Shown piece by piece: positions 9,512 to 18,997 of a DNA stretch of 64,000 bases. Source of the DNA: an uncultured Acidobacteriota bacterium (GTDB taxonomy: Bacteria > Acidobacteriota > Vicinamibacteria > Vicinamibacterales > Fen-181); contig CAWAMP010000011.1 in assembly GCA_963783255.1 (NCBI GenBank), forward strand, positions 345,180 to 409,179, given 5' to 3'. The translations under genes and the position numbers were made by a program. Position 1 is the first letter of the stretch, and the number at the start of each line of letters is the position of its first letter. Below the pieces are notes generated by a model, which did not search any database, was not told where the DNA came from, and saw nothing but the letters and a program-made list of their open reading frames with translations.

Positions 9512-10978
9512 TCAATCGACGTGGAGCTGCCGCCGCCTCCCGATCAGATCCGACTCGACTCGGGCCATCCTCGACTTGTCGAGCGGATACAGGAACATGA
9601 GCGCCATCGCCAGGATGGCGAAGGCGGCCGGATAGATGCTCGTGGCCAGGCGAATGCCTGCGAGCCCTCTTGCCGTTTGTGCCTGGTTCGCGGCAAAACC
9701 GTGCGCCCCCAGGATCCACGCCAGCGCCGCGCCGCCGACGGCCACCCCGACCTTCAGTGCAAACAGCGACGCCGCCATTACGAGAGCCGTTGAGCGACGC
9801 CCCGTCCTCCATTCGCCGTAGTCCGCGGCGTCCGTGAAGATCGCCCACTGCAGCACGGAGACCGGACCCATGGCGAACGAGGCGATGGCCTGCAGCACGA
9901 ACATGAGGACGACCTGCTGGGGCTGGAGGAAGTACAGGGCGGCGGTCGAGACGCCGGCAACGCCCATCAAGGACGCGTACGGCAGCGACCTGCCCAGCCG
10001 CCTGCTGAGGCGGCTGGCGAGCAGCACGCCAAGGATGGTGGCGGCGGTCCCCGCGACCAGGAACGCCGACAGCAGCGTCGCGTAGTGAACGGTTCCGAAC
10101 GAGAGAACCTCCTGATCTCGGACGAAGTAGGTGAAGTAGTACGCAATGGCGCCGCCGCGCATGCAGTAGTAGATCAGCTGGAACAGCGTCGCGGCGGCGA
10201 TGAGCACCCACGGGAGGTTGGTGAACAGGTCGGCGAGATCGCGCGCCAGAGGGGTCTGCTGTCCCTTCGGGGGCCGCACGCGCTCCTTGGTGGTGGCGAA
10301 CGTGACGAGCAGCAGCACGACCGCCAGCGCGGAGAGGACCGTCATGGCCCGCTGCCACCCGACGGCGGCGTTGCCCTGCCCGAACCGGGCGACCATGCCG
10401 AGCACGGAATACTGAACGAGCAGCGTGGCGAAGAACACGGCGAAGAACCGGAACGACGACAGGACCGTCCGTTCGTGGGAGTCGGGCGTCATGACTCCCA
10501 TGAGGGCGGCGTACGGCACGTTGACGATCGAATAGACCATCATCAGCAGCGTGTAGGTCGCGTAGGCGTAGACCAGCCGGCCGGTGGGCCCGAAGCCGGG
10601 CGTCGTGAACGCCAGCACGCCGAGGACGCCAAACGGCAGGGCGAACCACAGCAGATAGGGCCGGAACTTCCCCCATCGCGTTTCGGTGCGATCGGCGATC
10701 AGGCCCACCACCGGGTCCACGGCGGCGTCCCAGATCTTGGTAATCAGGAACATCAGCGCGACCGATTCGGCGGCGAGCCCGAACACGTCCGTGTAGAAGA
10801 TCGTGCTGAAGATGATCCAGGTCTGGAAGAAGATGTTGCAGGCGGCATCGCCCAGGCTGAAGCCCACCTTCTCCACCAGGGACAGCGGCCGCGGTCCCTG
10901 CTGTGCGGCGACGGCGGAGCCGCGCGCGCGGTCGTCGGCCGGTCTCTCGCGGGCGCTCTCCTGGGGTTCGCCGTGCAT
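9512..10978 (-). CDS. Glycoside-pentoside-hexuronide (GPH) family sugar:cation symporter
   Basis: 488 aa and polytopic. The N-terminal KVGFSLGDAACNIFFQTWIIFSTIFYTDVFGL is typical of MelB/XynP/YicJ-type carriers. A strong SD (GAGGGAGGGAG) precedes the ATG at 10978. Confidence 0.8.
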   Translation of the reverse strand: MHGEPQESARERPADDRARGSAVAAQQGPRPLSLVEKVGFSLGDAACNIFFQTWIIFSTIFYTDVFGLAAESVALMFLITKIWDAAVDPVVGLIADRTETRWGKFRPYLLWFALPFGVLGVLAFTTPGFGPTGRLVYAYATYTLLMMVYSIVNVPYAALMGVMTPDSHERTVLSSFRFFAVFFATLLVQYSVLGMVARFGQGNAAVGWQRAMTVLSALAVVLLLVTFATTKERVRPPKGQQTPLARDLADLFTNLPWVLIAAATLFQLIYYCMRGGAIAYYFTYFVRDQEVLSFGTVHYATLLSAFLVAGTAATILGVLLASRLSRRLGRSLPYASLMGVAGVSTAALYFLQPQQVVLMFVLQAIASFAMGPVSVLQWAIFTDAADYGEWRTGRRSTALVMAASLFALKVGVAVGGAALAWILGAHGFAANQAQTARGLAGIRLATSIYPAAFAILAMALMFLYPLDKSRMARVESDLIGRRRQLHVD

Positions 10979-11014
10979 GTGCTCCCTCCCTCGGGCCGCG
11001 TGACCCGTCGACGC

Positions 11015-12538
11015 TCAGTTCGTCGCGCGACCAGCCAGTCTCGCGAAGGTCTGGCGGAGACTGGGGTAGAGTTCACGGTAGATGCCGAGCAACTCGGCGT
11101 AGATCGCACGATTGTTCGGGGAAGGGCTGTTCTCGCGGAGCGCTTTGCCGCTCATTGCGGCCGCGGCCTCGACGGCGGTCTCGTGAAGCCCGGCCCCGAC
11201 AGCGGCGCAGATTGCGGCCCCGAGACTGGAGGCTTCCAGCGTCGTCGAACGGCGGATCGACCTGCCGGTGGCGTCGGCCATGATCTGGCACCAGAGATCG
11301 CTGGCCGCGCCCCCCCCGATGGCGACGAACTCCCTCACCGACGCACCGGTCGCGTCTTCGATCATGTCCGTCACCAACGCCTGTTCGAGTGCGATGCCCT
11401 CGAGCAGGGACCGATACAAGTGGCCCCGCCGGTGGAACCCGCTCAAGCCCACCCAGCATCCGCGCGCCAGCGGATCCCAGTAGGGAGTCATGACAGCGCC
11501 CCAGTACGGGAGGGCGAGGAGGCCGTCGCTGCCGGCGGTCACGGCTGCGGCTTCGGCCTCGAGCTGGAGGAGATCTGGAACACGCTGCGGACCTTGCCCG
11601 CACACCTCGCGGGCGAACCAGTCGATCAGAAACGCGCCGGCACGCAGGCTCGTTTCGAAGTAGTAACCGTCGCCGCTGCAGCTTCCCATCGTGCGCCAGG
11701 CGCGCCCAATCCGGTAGTCGTTCGAGTAGATGCCTCCGACCACCGCCGTCCCTAGATTCAAGTAGCCGCGATCGCGGCCGAGGGCGTTGACGCCCAAACC
11801 AGCCGCCTGCCCGTCGCCTCCGCCGGCGACGACCGGGGTATCGGGCCGCAGTGACGTCGCGGCGGCTGCCGACGTGCTGACCACGCCAATCACCGTTCCT
11901 GGAGACACCGCCGCAGGCAGCCGTTCCTCGGACAGGTCCAGGGCCCCGAGCACCTCCGGCGACCACGCCTTCCGCTCCATGTCGAACAGACCCAGCGGGT
12001 CGGCGCTGGCCCAACTCGTGCGGAAGCCGCCGGTCAACCGCCACGCGAGATACGCGTGGACGTCGGCGAACATCGCGGTGCGCCGAAACAGCTCGTGTTC
12101 GTGGCGCAGCATCCATGCGATTCGGAAGGCCACGGGCGCGATGTCGGGAGGCTTGCCGGTGAGCTGGTGGAACCGCTCGCCGCCAATGCGGCCGGTCAGC
12201 CAGGCCACTTCCTCACCGCAGCGTCGATCCAGCCAGACGATTGCCGGGCGAACGGACCGACCGTCCCCCGTCAGGGGTGCGAAGGTCTCCCGTTGGCTGG
12301 AGATGGCGATGGCCGCGACGGCGTCTGGGTCGACCTGCTGAAGCAGCTCGCGCAGAGCCTCGCAGGCGGAGCGCCACCAGTCTTCGGGATCCTGCTCGTA
12401 GCGGTCGGGCGCCGGACTGGAGAGCGGGACCGGGCTGCGTCCTCCTCCGGCGAGGGATCCATCCGGCCTCCAGGCAATCGCCTTGGTTGCCGTGGTGCTG
12501 CTGTCGAGCCCAATGACGATCTCTCTGTCGGGGTGCAT
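11015..12538 (-). CDS. FGGY-family carbohydrate kinase (xylulokinase-like)
   Basis: ORF trimmed to the ATG at 12538 (MHPDREIVIGLDSSTTATKAIAW). FGGY N- and C-domain patterns are present (GGGDGQAAGLG, AIGGGAASDLWCQIMAD). Confidence 0.8.
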   Translation of the reverse strand: MHPDREIVIGLDSSTTATKAIAWRPDGSLAGGGRSPVPLSSPAPDRYEQDPEDWWRSACEALRELLQQVDPDAVAAIAISSQRETFAPLTGDGRSVRPAIVWLDRRCGEEVAWLTGRIGGERFHQLTGKPPDIAPVAFRIAWMLRHEHELFRRTAMFADVHAYLAWRLTGGFRTSWASADPLGLFDMERKAWSPEVLGALDLSEERLPAAVSPGTVIGVVSTSAAAATSLRPDTPVVAGGGDGQAAGLGVNALGRDRGYLNLGTAVVGGIYSNDYRIGRAWRTMGSCSGDGYYFETSLRAGAFLIDWFAREVCGQGPQRVPDLLQLEAEAAAVTAGSDGLLALPYWGAVMTPYWDPLARGCWVGLSGFHRRGHLYRSLLEGIALEQALVTDMIEDATGASVREFVAIGGGAASDLWCQIMADATGRSIRRSTTLEASSLGAAICAAVGAGLHETAVEAAAAMSGKALRENSPSPNNRAIYAELLGIYRELYPSLRQTFARLAGRATN

Positions 12539-12539
12539 T

Positions 12540-12590
12540 GCAGGTCCGGCACATGATAGCAGCGCGGAGAAGCGGACGCTCCCAGGATCG
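12540..12590 (-). promoter_or_regulatory. Conserved promoter/leader module, copy A (extended -10 TGCTATCAT plus a 14-nt leader ending at the ATG)
   Basis: 29 of the first 31 nt are identical to 31660-31690, and about 85 percent are identical over ~50 nt. Minus strand reads ...TCCGCGCTGCTATCATGTGCCGGACCTGCAATG, with TATCAT at 12558-12553 and TG at 12561-12560. Confidence 0.5.
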
Positions 12591-12653
12591 AGCGGGCCGA
12601 AGCAGCAACTGCGCCGACGGCGAGACCGGCTCCTCCCGCAGCGCCTCGACATG

Positions 12654-12662
12654 TGCTAATCT
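12654..12662 (+). promoter_or_regulatory. Candidate extended -10 (TGCTAATCT) for the GH51-like gene
   Basis: A TGn + TAATCT box ends 10 nt before the ATG at 12673, implying a leaderless or very short leader mRNA. No convincing -35. Confidence 0.35.
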
Positions 12663-12672
12663 CCGTCCTCCG

Positions 12673-14661
12673 ATGAACAGACGCACCTTCCTCCTCACCC
12701 CCATGGCGGCCGCTGCCGCCGCCGCCCCCCAACGGTCCGGCGTCGAGCCCGGCCGCGAGGCCCCAAGGGTCGCGGCGCCGACGGGCGCTCCGGGCGTCGC
12801 CATCCTGCTCGTCGACACCGACCGGGTCATCGCACCCATTGACAGGCGGATCTACGGGCACTTCCTCGAGCACATCAACCATTCTGTGGAAGACGGCCTT
12901 TTCGCCGAGCAGATCCAAGGCTGCGGATTCGAGGGCGAGGACTTTGTCACCTACTGGAAGCCGTTTTCGGACCGCGGCCGCGTCGAACTCGCGGAGGTGG
13001 ACTTCAAGAACGGCAAGAAGAGCCTGCGCCTCCGCGCCGAGGGCGGCCACGCCGGTATCCGTCAGGGCCGCATCTTCGTGGACGCCGGCCGCGAGTACGA
13101 CGGCTCCATCTGGATCAAGCGCGAGGCTGGCGCCCTGCGGGTGACCCTTCGCGTCGCGACCTCACAGGGCGCGCACATCGCCTCTGTTCCGCTCGCGGTC
13201 TCGGGTTCCGGCTGGCAGGAGGTGCCCTATCGCTTCACCAGCCCCGTGCGGGACACGCAGGCCACGGTGGAGATCGCGGCGACCGGCACGGGCTCGCTGC
13301 TCCTCGATTTCGTCTCGATGATGCGGGCGGACGTCCGCCGCGACGGCGCGCTGCGCCCGGACCTCCTGCAGGCGATTCGCGATCTCGCGCCGCCCTTCAT
13401 CCGCTGGCCGGGCGGATCCTTCGCGTCCACGTACAAGTGGAAGGACGGCATCGGCCCCTATGTATCGCGTCGCTATCACCCCAACGTGATGTGGGGAGGC
13501 TACTCGGACTACTACGGCTTCGGCACGGAGGAGTTCCTCACCCTCTGCCGCAAGCTCGACTCCGAGCCCCTGATCGTGCTGGCCGCGCCGAGCACCGATC
13601 CCGACGCCGTGCAGTACGCGATGGACTGGGTCCATTACCTCAACGACCCGCCCACCACCGAACTGGGCCGCCTGCGCGCCGCGAACGGCCGCGCCGAACC
13701 CTACGGCGTCCGCTACTTCCAGATCGACAACGAGCCGATGAACAACGGCTTCACGCCGGAGAAGTACGCCGAGGTCGTCAACCTTTACGGCAGCCGGCTT
13801 CGGGCTGTCGCTCCCCAGGCGCGGATCGTCGCGTGCGGCCAGAAGCGCTCCAACGACATGATCTGGAGCCAGAAGGTGATCGACCTCGCCGGAGGGAACT
13901 TCGACATACTCGGCTGCCACAACTACGAGTACGAACCCGACGGCTTCGAGACCGGCCTGCGCCGCATTCGCGAGTACCTCGTCAAGCTGCGGGACTACAT
14001 CCGCGGTTCGGCGAATCCCAGGATCGACCTCGCCGTTCTGGAGTGGAACCTGGCGCGCACGTACGACTGGCGCGCAGGGCTGCACGCCGCCGGCTCCCTC
14101 ATGATGTACGAGGAGCTCAGCCCCGGCCTGACGATGACCTGCCCCGCCCTGCTCCTGCGAAACACGACGGACGACCCCACCTGGACGTCCTTCATCTACC
14201 ACGACCACGTGTCCTGGTTCCCCGGCGGTGGCTATCCCGTAGAGAAACTCTTCCGCGAGCACTACGCCGAACGCTATCTCGCCTCGACAAGCGGCACGTT
14301 TCGCGACATCACGACCCGGAACACCTTCTTCGACGAGATCGCGACGATGAAGCCCGAATCCTGGCGTCCAGGCACGGTCGACGCCATCGCCACCGCCAGC
14401 GCCGACGCCCGCCGTCTCGTGATCAAGGCCGTGAACTACGAGCCGACCCGCAACACCCTGCTCGTGCGCCTTCAGGGCACCAAGGTCCCCGAGAAGGCCA
14501 CCGCGACGCTGCACACCATCGGCGCCGGGTTGAAGGACGCGGCGTCCCTGGAGCATCCGGACGGGTTGACGCCCGTGAGTCGGTCGATCACCTACGCGAC
14601 GGACCTCGCGGTGGACCTGGCCCCGCATACGGTCGCGGTGGTGGAGATTCGAGCAGCGTAA
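12673..14661 (+). CDS. GH51-like alpha-L-arabinofuranosidase with an inserted CBM4/9-like module, Tat signal
   Basis: ORF trimmed to the ATG at 12673 (MNRRTFLLTPMAAAAAAAP). Contains IDRRIYGHFLEHI, IRWPGGSFAS, FGTEEFLTLCRKL and RYFQIDNEPMN (catalytic-Glu-type motif). Confidence 0.6.
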   Translation: MNRRTFLLTPMAAAAAAAPQRSGVEPGREAPRVAAPTGAPGVAILLVDTDRVIAPIDRRIYGHFLEHINHSVEDGLFAEQIQGCGFEGEDFVTYWKPFSDRGRVELAEVDFKNGKKSLRLRAEGGHAGIRQGRIFVDAGREYDGSIWIKREAGALRVTLRVATSQGAHIASVPLAVSGSGWQEVPYRFTSPVRDTQATVEIAATGTGSLLLDFVSMMRADVRRDGALRPDLLQAIRDLAPPFIRWPGGSFASTYKWKDGIGPYVSRRYHPNVMWGGYSDYYGFGTEEFLTLCRKLDSEPLIVLAAPSTDPDAVQYAMDWVHYLNDPPTTELGRLRAANGRAEPYGVRYFQIDNEPMNNGFTPEKYAEVVNLYGSRLRAVAPQARIVACGQKRSNDMIWSQKVIDLAGGNFDILGCHNYEYEPDGFETGLRRIREYLVKLRDYIRGSANPRIDLAVLEWNLARTYDWRAGLHAAGSLMMYEELSPGLTMTCPALLLRNTTDDPTWTSFIYHDHVSWFPGGGYPVEKLFREHYAERYLASTSGTFRDITTRNTFFDEIATMKPESWRPGTVDAIATASADARRLVIKAVNYEPTRNTLLVRLQGTKVPEKATATLHTIGAGLKDAASLEHPDGLTPVSRSITYATDLAVDLAPHTVAVVEIRAA

Positions 14662-14815
14662 CGACGTACGGGATCAGGCGGCCGGCGACCTCGTCGATCG
14701 TGCCGTCGCCTCGCACTGGAATGCTGAGCAGCAGGTTGCCGCATGGAAGTGAGCCTCCTGCGCGCGGCGCCGGCGCTCGCCTATGGACTCTGCCGGCCTC
14801 CGTCTCGGCTCGCGG

Positions 14816-17800
14816 CTATCGCCGCGTCCTCTGATACTGGTTGGGCGCACCCGGAGTCGGGACGCTTCCGACCACCGGCGCACCGCGATCGTGGGCGTTG
14901 GCCAGCGGGGCGAGCAGGGTGATGCCGGATCCAGACACTTGGGCGCCGGCCGCGTGCGCCCTCGCGAGCGGCGCGGTCACCGTGATCGTGGCGCTCCGCG
15001 CGGGCCCGCCGCCTGGACCGGGCCGGCCGCCGCGCGTGGTGGAGACGACCACGGCCGTCTCGCGAGCCGTGCCATCATCGATCGTGATCGCCTGGCCGGC
15101 CGTGAACCCCATCGTGTCGGTCACCGAGAGGACGGTCGCGCCCGGTGCCGCGGCGGCGTCGATCGCGGTGGCGCCTGCCGTACCCACCTCCGCGATCACG
15201 GCGGTCTCCAGCTGCGCCCCCGCGTCGACCATCACCGACTGGCCGGCCGCGAAGTCGGCCACGCTCGCCACCTTGATGTTGCTCGTGCCGGCCGGCGCCG
15301 CGGCCGACAGGCTCGTCGCAGCCTGCAGCAGGAAGTCGGTGCAATTGGCGTCCGCGTCGGCACCGTCGGGAAAGCGGCCGCGGCTGACGCCAGGGCCGGC
15401 GCCAGGCGCCGGCACCACGACGATGCAGCCGCCCTGGCGCTGGTCGCCCTCGAGCACGGCGACCTCCGGGCTGGCGATGGTCCCGTTGCCGCTCGAGTTG
15501 CTTTGCTGCGACCCGTACACCATCGCGTCGACGATCACCGCGCCGCTGGCGTCGAGCAGCGCGATCGAACCGGCCCTCGCCGACAGGCTGCCCCCGAACC
15601 ACTGGTTCGGCGCCGGCGTTCCCTGGTACCCGGCGCTCGTCACCTGTTGGTTGGTCACGGGCGCGCCGTACGCGTGGCTCTTCGTCAGCGGGCGGTCGAG
15701 CGTGATGCCGCTGCCCAGCGCCTGCACCGCGTCGCCGCTGACGTGCGCGAACTTCGTGGCCGGCGACAAGCCGATCCCCGTGCCCACGCCGGACACGTCT
15801 ATGCCGGACCTGTGATTCAGCCGGAGCGGTGCAACGAGGTCCACTCCGGTGCCGGCTGCGCCCGCCGTGCCGACGCTCGCCACCGTGACCCGTTCCTTGC
15901 GTCCGCCGGTGCCGATGGTGAGCGTGTCGCCGGCGGCCAGGTTGAAGGTGGCGGCCAGCTTGAGGTTGTCCGCGCCCGATACTGCCGGCGCGGCGAGCGT
16001 CGTCTGCGTGGCCGCCTTGCCCACCGCCGTCACCGCGGCCACCTCGTAGTGGCCGCCGATGTCGATGCCGACCTTCTGACCGACCTCGAAGCCGGCGGCG
16101 TTGGTCACCGGGACGTTGGTCGAACCGGCGGGAATCGTGAGCCACGGTCCCGTGGAGACGGGGATGAAGACGGTGGTCGACGGTGAGGCCGCCGTCCCCA
16201 CGCTGACGATCGTCGGCGTCTCGCCGTCGACGTCCACCGACTGCCCGGTGGCGAGCCCGACGACGCTCCGGACGTTGATCGTGGCGTCGCCCGAATGCGC
16301 CGGGGCAGCCAGCCCCGAGCCGGAGAGGCCGAGGAGATAGAAACGGCCGCTCGCGAGTGTCGTCTTCTGCGGGATCGTCGCCAGCGTGACCGGCGCCCAC
16401 TGGCTCTGGGTGTGGATCAACGTCCATCCGGACAGATCGACTGCGCGCTCCGACGCGTTGAAGAGCTCGATGAACTGGTCGGTCGGATTCGAACGGGTAC
16501 CGAAGCGGACTTCATTGATCGTGATGGGGAGTGCGCTGCGCACCCTCTGAGTCGTCGTCTCGGACCCAGGCCGCCCCGTGGCCGGGTCCTTCCACGCGGC
16601 TCTGCCGATCATGTAACCGGCGGCGTTCGCCGGCGGCGGGCTGACGGTGAAGCGGGCACTGACGCTGGCCCCCGGCGCGACCGCGGCACCGGAGGGGGAA
16701 GGCGCGGCGTCGGTGCCTGTGCCCATCGCGGTCCACCCTGGCGGGAGCGAGAGACTCAACCTGAGGTCCGTCACCGGCGCGCCCGTCGTGTTGGTGAACC
16801 TCGCCGTCACCTCCTGCGTCGATCGCGGCCTGAACGTCCCGACCCGCGACAGGCCGATCCGCCGAACCTCGTAGCGGGCCGAGACGATGTTCGCCTGCAC
16901 GGCGTCCGTGGTGGCGTCGGTCGGGTAGCCGGCCGTCATGACCCCCTCGTAGAAGGTCCCCGCCGAGCCATTCCCGTTGTCGCCGCCGGTGCCGAGCAGG
17001 ACGGCCCCCTGCTTGTGCATCGGGAAGTAGTCGGCGTTGGTCTTCGAGCCGGGCCGAACCCCCTCGTAGAAGGTGGTCAGGGGCCCGCGCTGGGCGTTTC
17101 CGCCGCGGAGCTGCCAGCGGTTGCCGCCCCCGCCGTTCACGACGGCCGTCACGAACCGCCAGGAGTCGATCGTGGGATCAGCGGCGTTCAGCTTCGCCTC
17201 GTACCCGGAGAACAGGCCCGCTTCCATGTCGGCCATGATCCACGGGCCCGGGCCGTCGCCGCGCCCCCAGTTCGTGGACGTGCCGAAGTAGGTCGTTTCC
17301 ATGGTGCCGGTGCCGACGGCGCGGCCGTTGGTGGACGAGTTGCCGTAGTCGAAGCAGCAGCCGTTGTCGTAGTGCGTGCCGTCGACGACGTAGTAGATGC
17401 CTTCCGGCTCGTCGTCGATCGGGAGGTCGGTGGCGTCGTTGTTCCGGAACCCCATGCCGGGCATGATGTAGACACCGTAGGCCTTGTGTCCGCCGATGGT
17501 AACGGGCGCCATGTCGGCGATCGGCTGCGTGTCGAATCCGCCCTTCGCGGGCCCCGGGAACAGGGGGCCGGGCGGCGCCTGGAGAAGGTGGTTGCCCTTG
17601 CCGGACTGGTCGTAGATGCGGTTGATGACGCAGATCGCGCTCGCGCAGAACGCGTCCTGGGCGGCCGCGTCGGCGTAACCGCCGGCGTCCGGGACCGGCG
17701 TTGCCGACGGCCGAACGACGCCGACGTCCAGGAGGCCGCCATCGGACTGTCGCTTCACCTGGTACAGCGGGCCGTTGTACGCGGCGTAGAGCGCGCGTGT

Positions 17801-17962
17801 CGTGCTGTGGGCGGCGACACAGGGCGTGCCGGCGGCCGCATACATGTCGCACGGGCCGTGCGGCCGCGGGGGCATCGGGCCCTGCCGTGCGCTCATCATC
17901 GACGCCCCGGTCGCCAGCGCACCGGCCAACGCGGCGACCGCCAACCTGCGCCTCTTGTTCAT
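14816..17962 (-). CDS. GH54 alpha-L-arabinofuranosidase (AbfB-type catalytic domain) fused to a beta-sandwich, a split lamin-tail domain and tandem ~40-aa repeats
   Basis: Residues ~36-364 are colinear with fungal AbfB: GPCDMYAAAGTPCVAAHSTTRALY, IYDQSGKGNHL, DGTHYDNGCCFDYGN, GPWIMADMEAGLFSG, GGDNGNGSAGTFYEGVMT. LTD motifs are INEVRF..FIELFNAS..DLSGWTL and, 250 aa later, IALLDASGAVIVDAMVYG..RFPDGADADANCTDF. Confidence 0.85.
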   Translation of the reverse strand: MNKRRRLAVAALAGALATGASMMSARQGPMPPRPHGPCDMYAAAGTPCVAAHSTTRALYAAYNGPLYQVKRQSDGGLLDVGVVRPSATPVPDAGGYADAAAQDAFCASAICVINRIYDQSGKGNHLLQAPPGPLFPGPAKGGFDTQPIADMAPVTIGGHKAYGVYIMPGMGFRNNDATDLPIDDEPEGIYYVVDGTHYDNGCCFDYGNSSTNGRAVGTGTMETTYFGTSTNWGRGDGPGPWIMADMEAGLFSGYEAKLNAADPTIDSWRFVTAVVNGGGGNRWQLRGGNAQRGPLTTFYEGVRPGSKTNADYFPMHKQGAVLLGTGGDNGNGSAGTFYEGVMTAGYPTDATTDAVQANIVSARYEVRRIGLSRVGTFRPRSTQEVTARFTNTTGAPVTDLRLSLSLPPGWTAMGTGTDAAPSPSGAAVAPGASVSARFTVSPPPANAAGYMIGRAAWKDPATGRPGSETTTQRVRSALPITINEVRFGTRSNPTDQFIELFNASERAVDLSGWTLIHTQSQWAPVTLATIPQKTTLASGRFYLLGLSGSGLAAPAHSGDATINVRSVVGLATGQSVDVDGETPTIVSVGTAASPSTTVFIPVSTGPWLTIPAGSTNVPVTNAAGFEVGQKVGIDIGGHYEVAAVTAVGKAATQTTLAAPAVSGADNLKLAATFNLAAGDTLTIGTGGRKERVTVASVGTAGAAGTGVDLVAPLRLNHRSGIDVSGVGTGIGLSPATKFAHVSGDAVQALGSGITLDRPLTKSHAYGAPVTNQQVTSAGYQGTPAPNQWFGGSLSARAGSIALLDASGAVIVDAMVYGSQQSNSSGNGTIASPEVAVLEGDQRQGGCIVVVPAPGAGPGVSRGRFPDGADADANCTDFLLQAATSLSAAAPAGTSNIKVASVADFAAGQSVMVDAGAQLETAVIAEVGTAGATAIDAAAAPGATVLSVTDTMGFTAGQAITIDDGTARETAVVVSTTRGGRPGPGGGPARSATITVTAPLARAHAAGAQVSGSGITLLAPLANAHDRGAPVVGSVPTPGAPNQYQRTRR

Positions 17963-17993
17963 GGTGACTTCCGATCCCGCGAACGCGGCTGGT

Positions 17994-18001
17994 AGTATAC
18001 T
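17994..18001. promoter_or_regulatory. Palindromic AGTATACT; candidate shared -10 for divergent GH54 (-) and paralog-3 (+) promoters
   Basis: AGTATACT reads TATACT on both strands. The plus context TATACTCCGGCG is identical to 52001-52012. On minus it lies ~31 nt upstream of the ATG at 17962. Confidence 0.4.
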
Positions 18002-18155
18002 CCGGCGTGCAACCGCTTACGGCTCGCGAGCGTTCAACGATTGAGGGACGATCAACCTCGGCGCCGGCCGGCGCCTGAGCCGCTGGATGTAATCGCTTTC
18101 ATTCGCGGTGGCGCGGCGGGCGGCCGGTTCCCGCAGCGACCACGAAGGGCCGACC

Positions 18156-18953
18156 ATGAACCTCTGCCGCAAGGTCCACATCCTCGCCTTCTGCGTCGTG
18201 GCTCTCACGGCGTTCCCGGACGTGTTCGCCGCGGTCACCGGCGTGCCTCAGGCTGCCACGCCCGGCGGCGCAGCCCAGGCTCCCGCACCGACGAGCGCAG
18301 GTCGGGCAGGCACGCCCGACAATGCCCCTCGCACGATCGCGCCCTACTTCACGCCGGCGGCGCGCGTGCCCCGGGCGCCGGACATCGAGGGGTTCCTGCA
18401 GCGCTGGCTGCTGCTCGAGCCGATCGCCAAGCCGAACCGCACCAACACGGTGTTCACCGACAGCTACGTCCGCGCCGCGTTCGCCGCCGAGTACTTCCCC
18501 GGCCAGATGACCGTCGTGCCGAAGAACGGCGACACGGTGACGGTCGGTGGCCAGACGCTCGCGTGGCACGCCGTCGACTCCTCGGGTTTCAACGTGAAGC
18601 TCTTCCGCTTCGCCTACGGCTTGAACAAGACAACCTACGGGGTCATCTTCTGGGCCGTCACCGTCGTCAACAGCCCGCGGGAGCTGAAGGACGTCCGCAT
18701 GGCCGTCGGCTCGAATTCTGCGTCGATGTGGTGGCTCAACGGCAAGGAAGCCGTGCTGCTCTCCGGCGACCGCCGGATGGTGATGGACGACGTCGTCTCC
18801 CCGAGACTCACGCTGAACAAGGGGCGGAACGTCATCCGGGGCGCCGTCATCAACGGGCCGGGCCTCAGTGACTTCTGCGTCCGCTTCATCGACGAGCGCG
18901 GCAAGGCGATCACCGACCTCACGCTGAACCTCGAACAGGCCGGGAACCAGTGA
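18156..18953 (+). CDS. Small secreted protein of unknown function, paralog 3 of 3
   Basis: ORF trimmed to the ATG at 18156 (MNLCRKVHILAFCVVALTAFPDVFA). Motifs FLQRWLLLEPI, AEYFPGQMT, GSNSASMWWLNG and NGPGLSDFCVRFID are colinear with 3652-4362. Confidence 0.7.
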   Translation: MNLCRKVHILAFCVVALTAFPDVFAAVTGVPQAATPGGAAQAPAPTSAGRAGTPDNAPRTIAPYFTPAARVPRAPDIEGFLQRWLLLEPIAKPNRTNTVFTDSYVRAAFAAEYFPGQMTVVPKNGDTVTVGGQTLAWHAVDSSGFNVKLFRFAYGLNKTTYGVIFWAVTVVNSPRELKDVRMAVGSNSASMWWLNGKEAVLLSGDRRMVMDDVVSPRLTLNKGRNVIRGAVINGPGLSDFCVRFIDERGKAITDLTLNLEQAGNQ

Positions 18954-18997
18954 GTCATCGCATGCGTGGTTTCCATCGCCCCATTCCCGGAGCCTCT

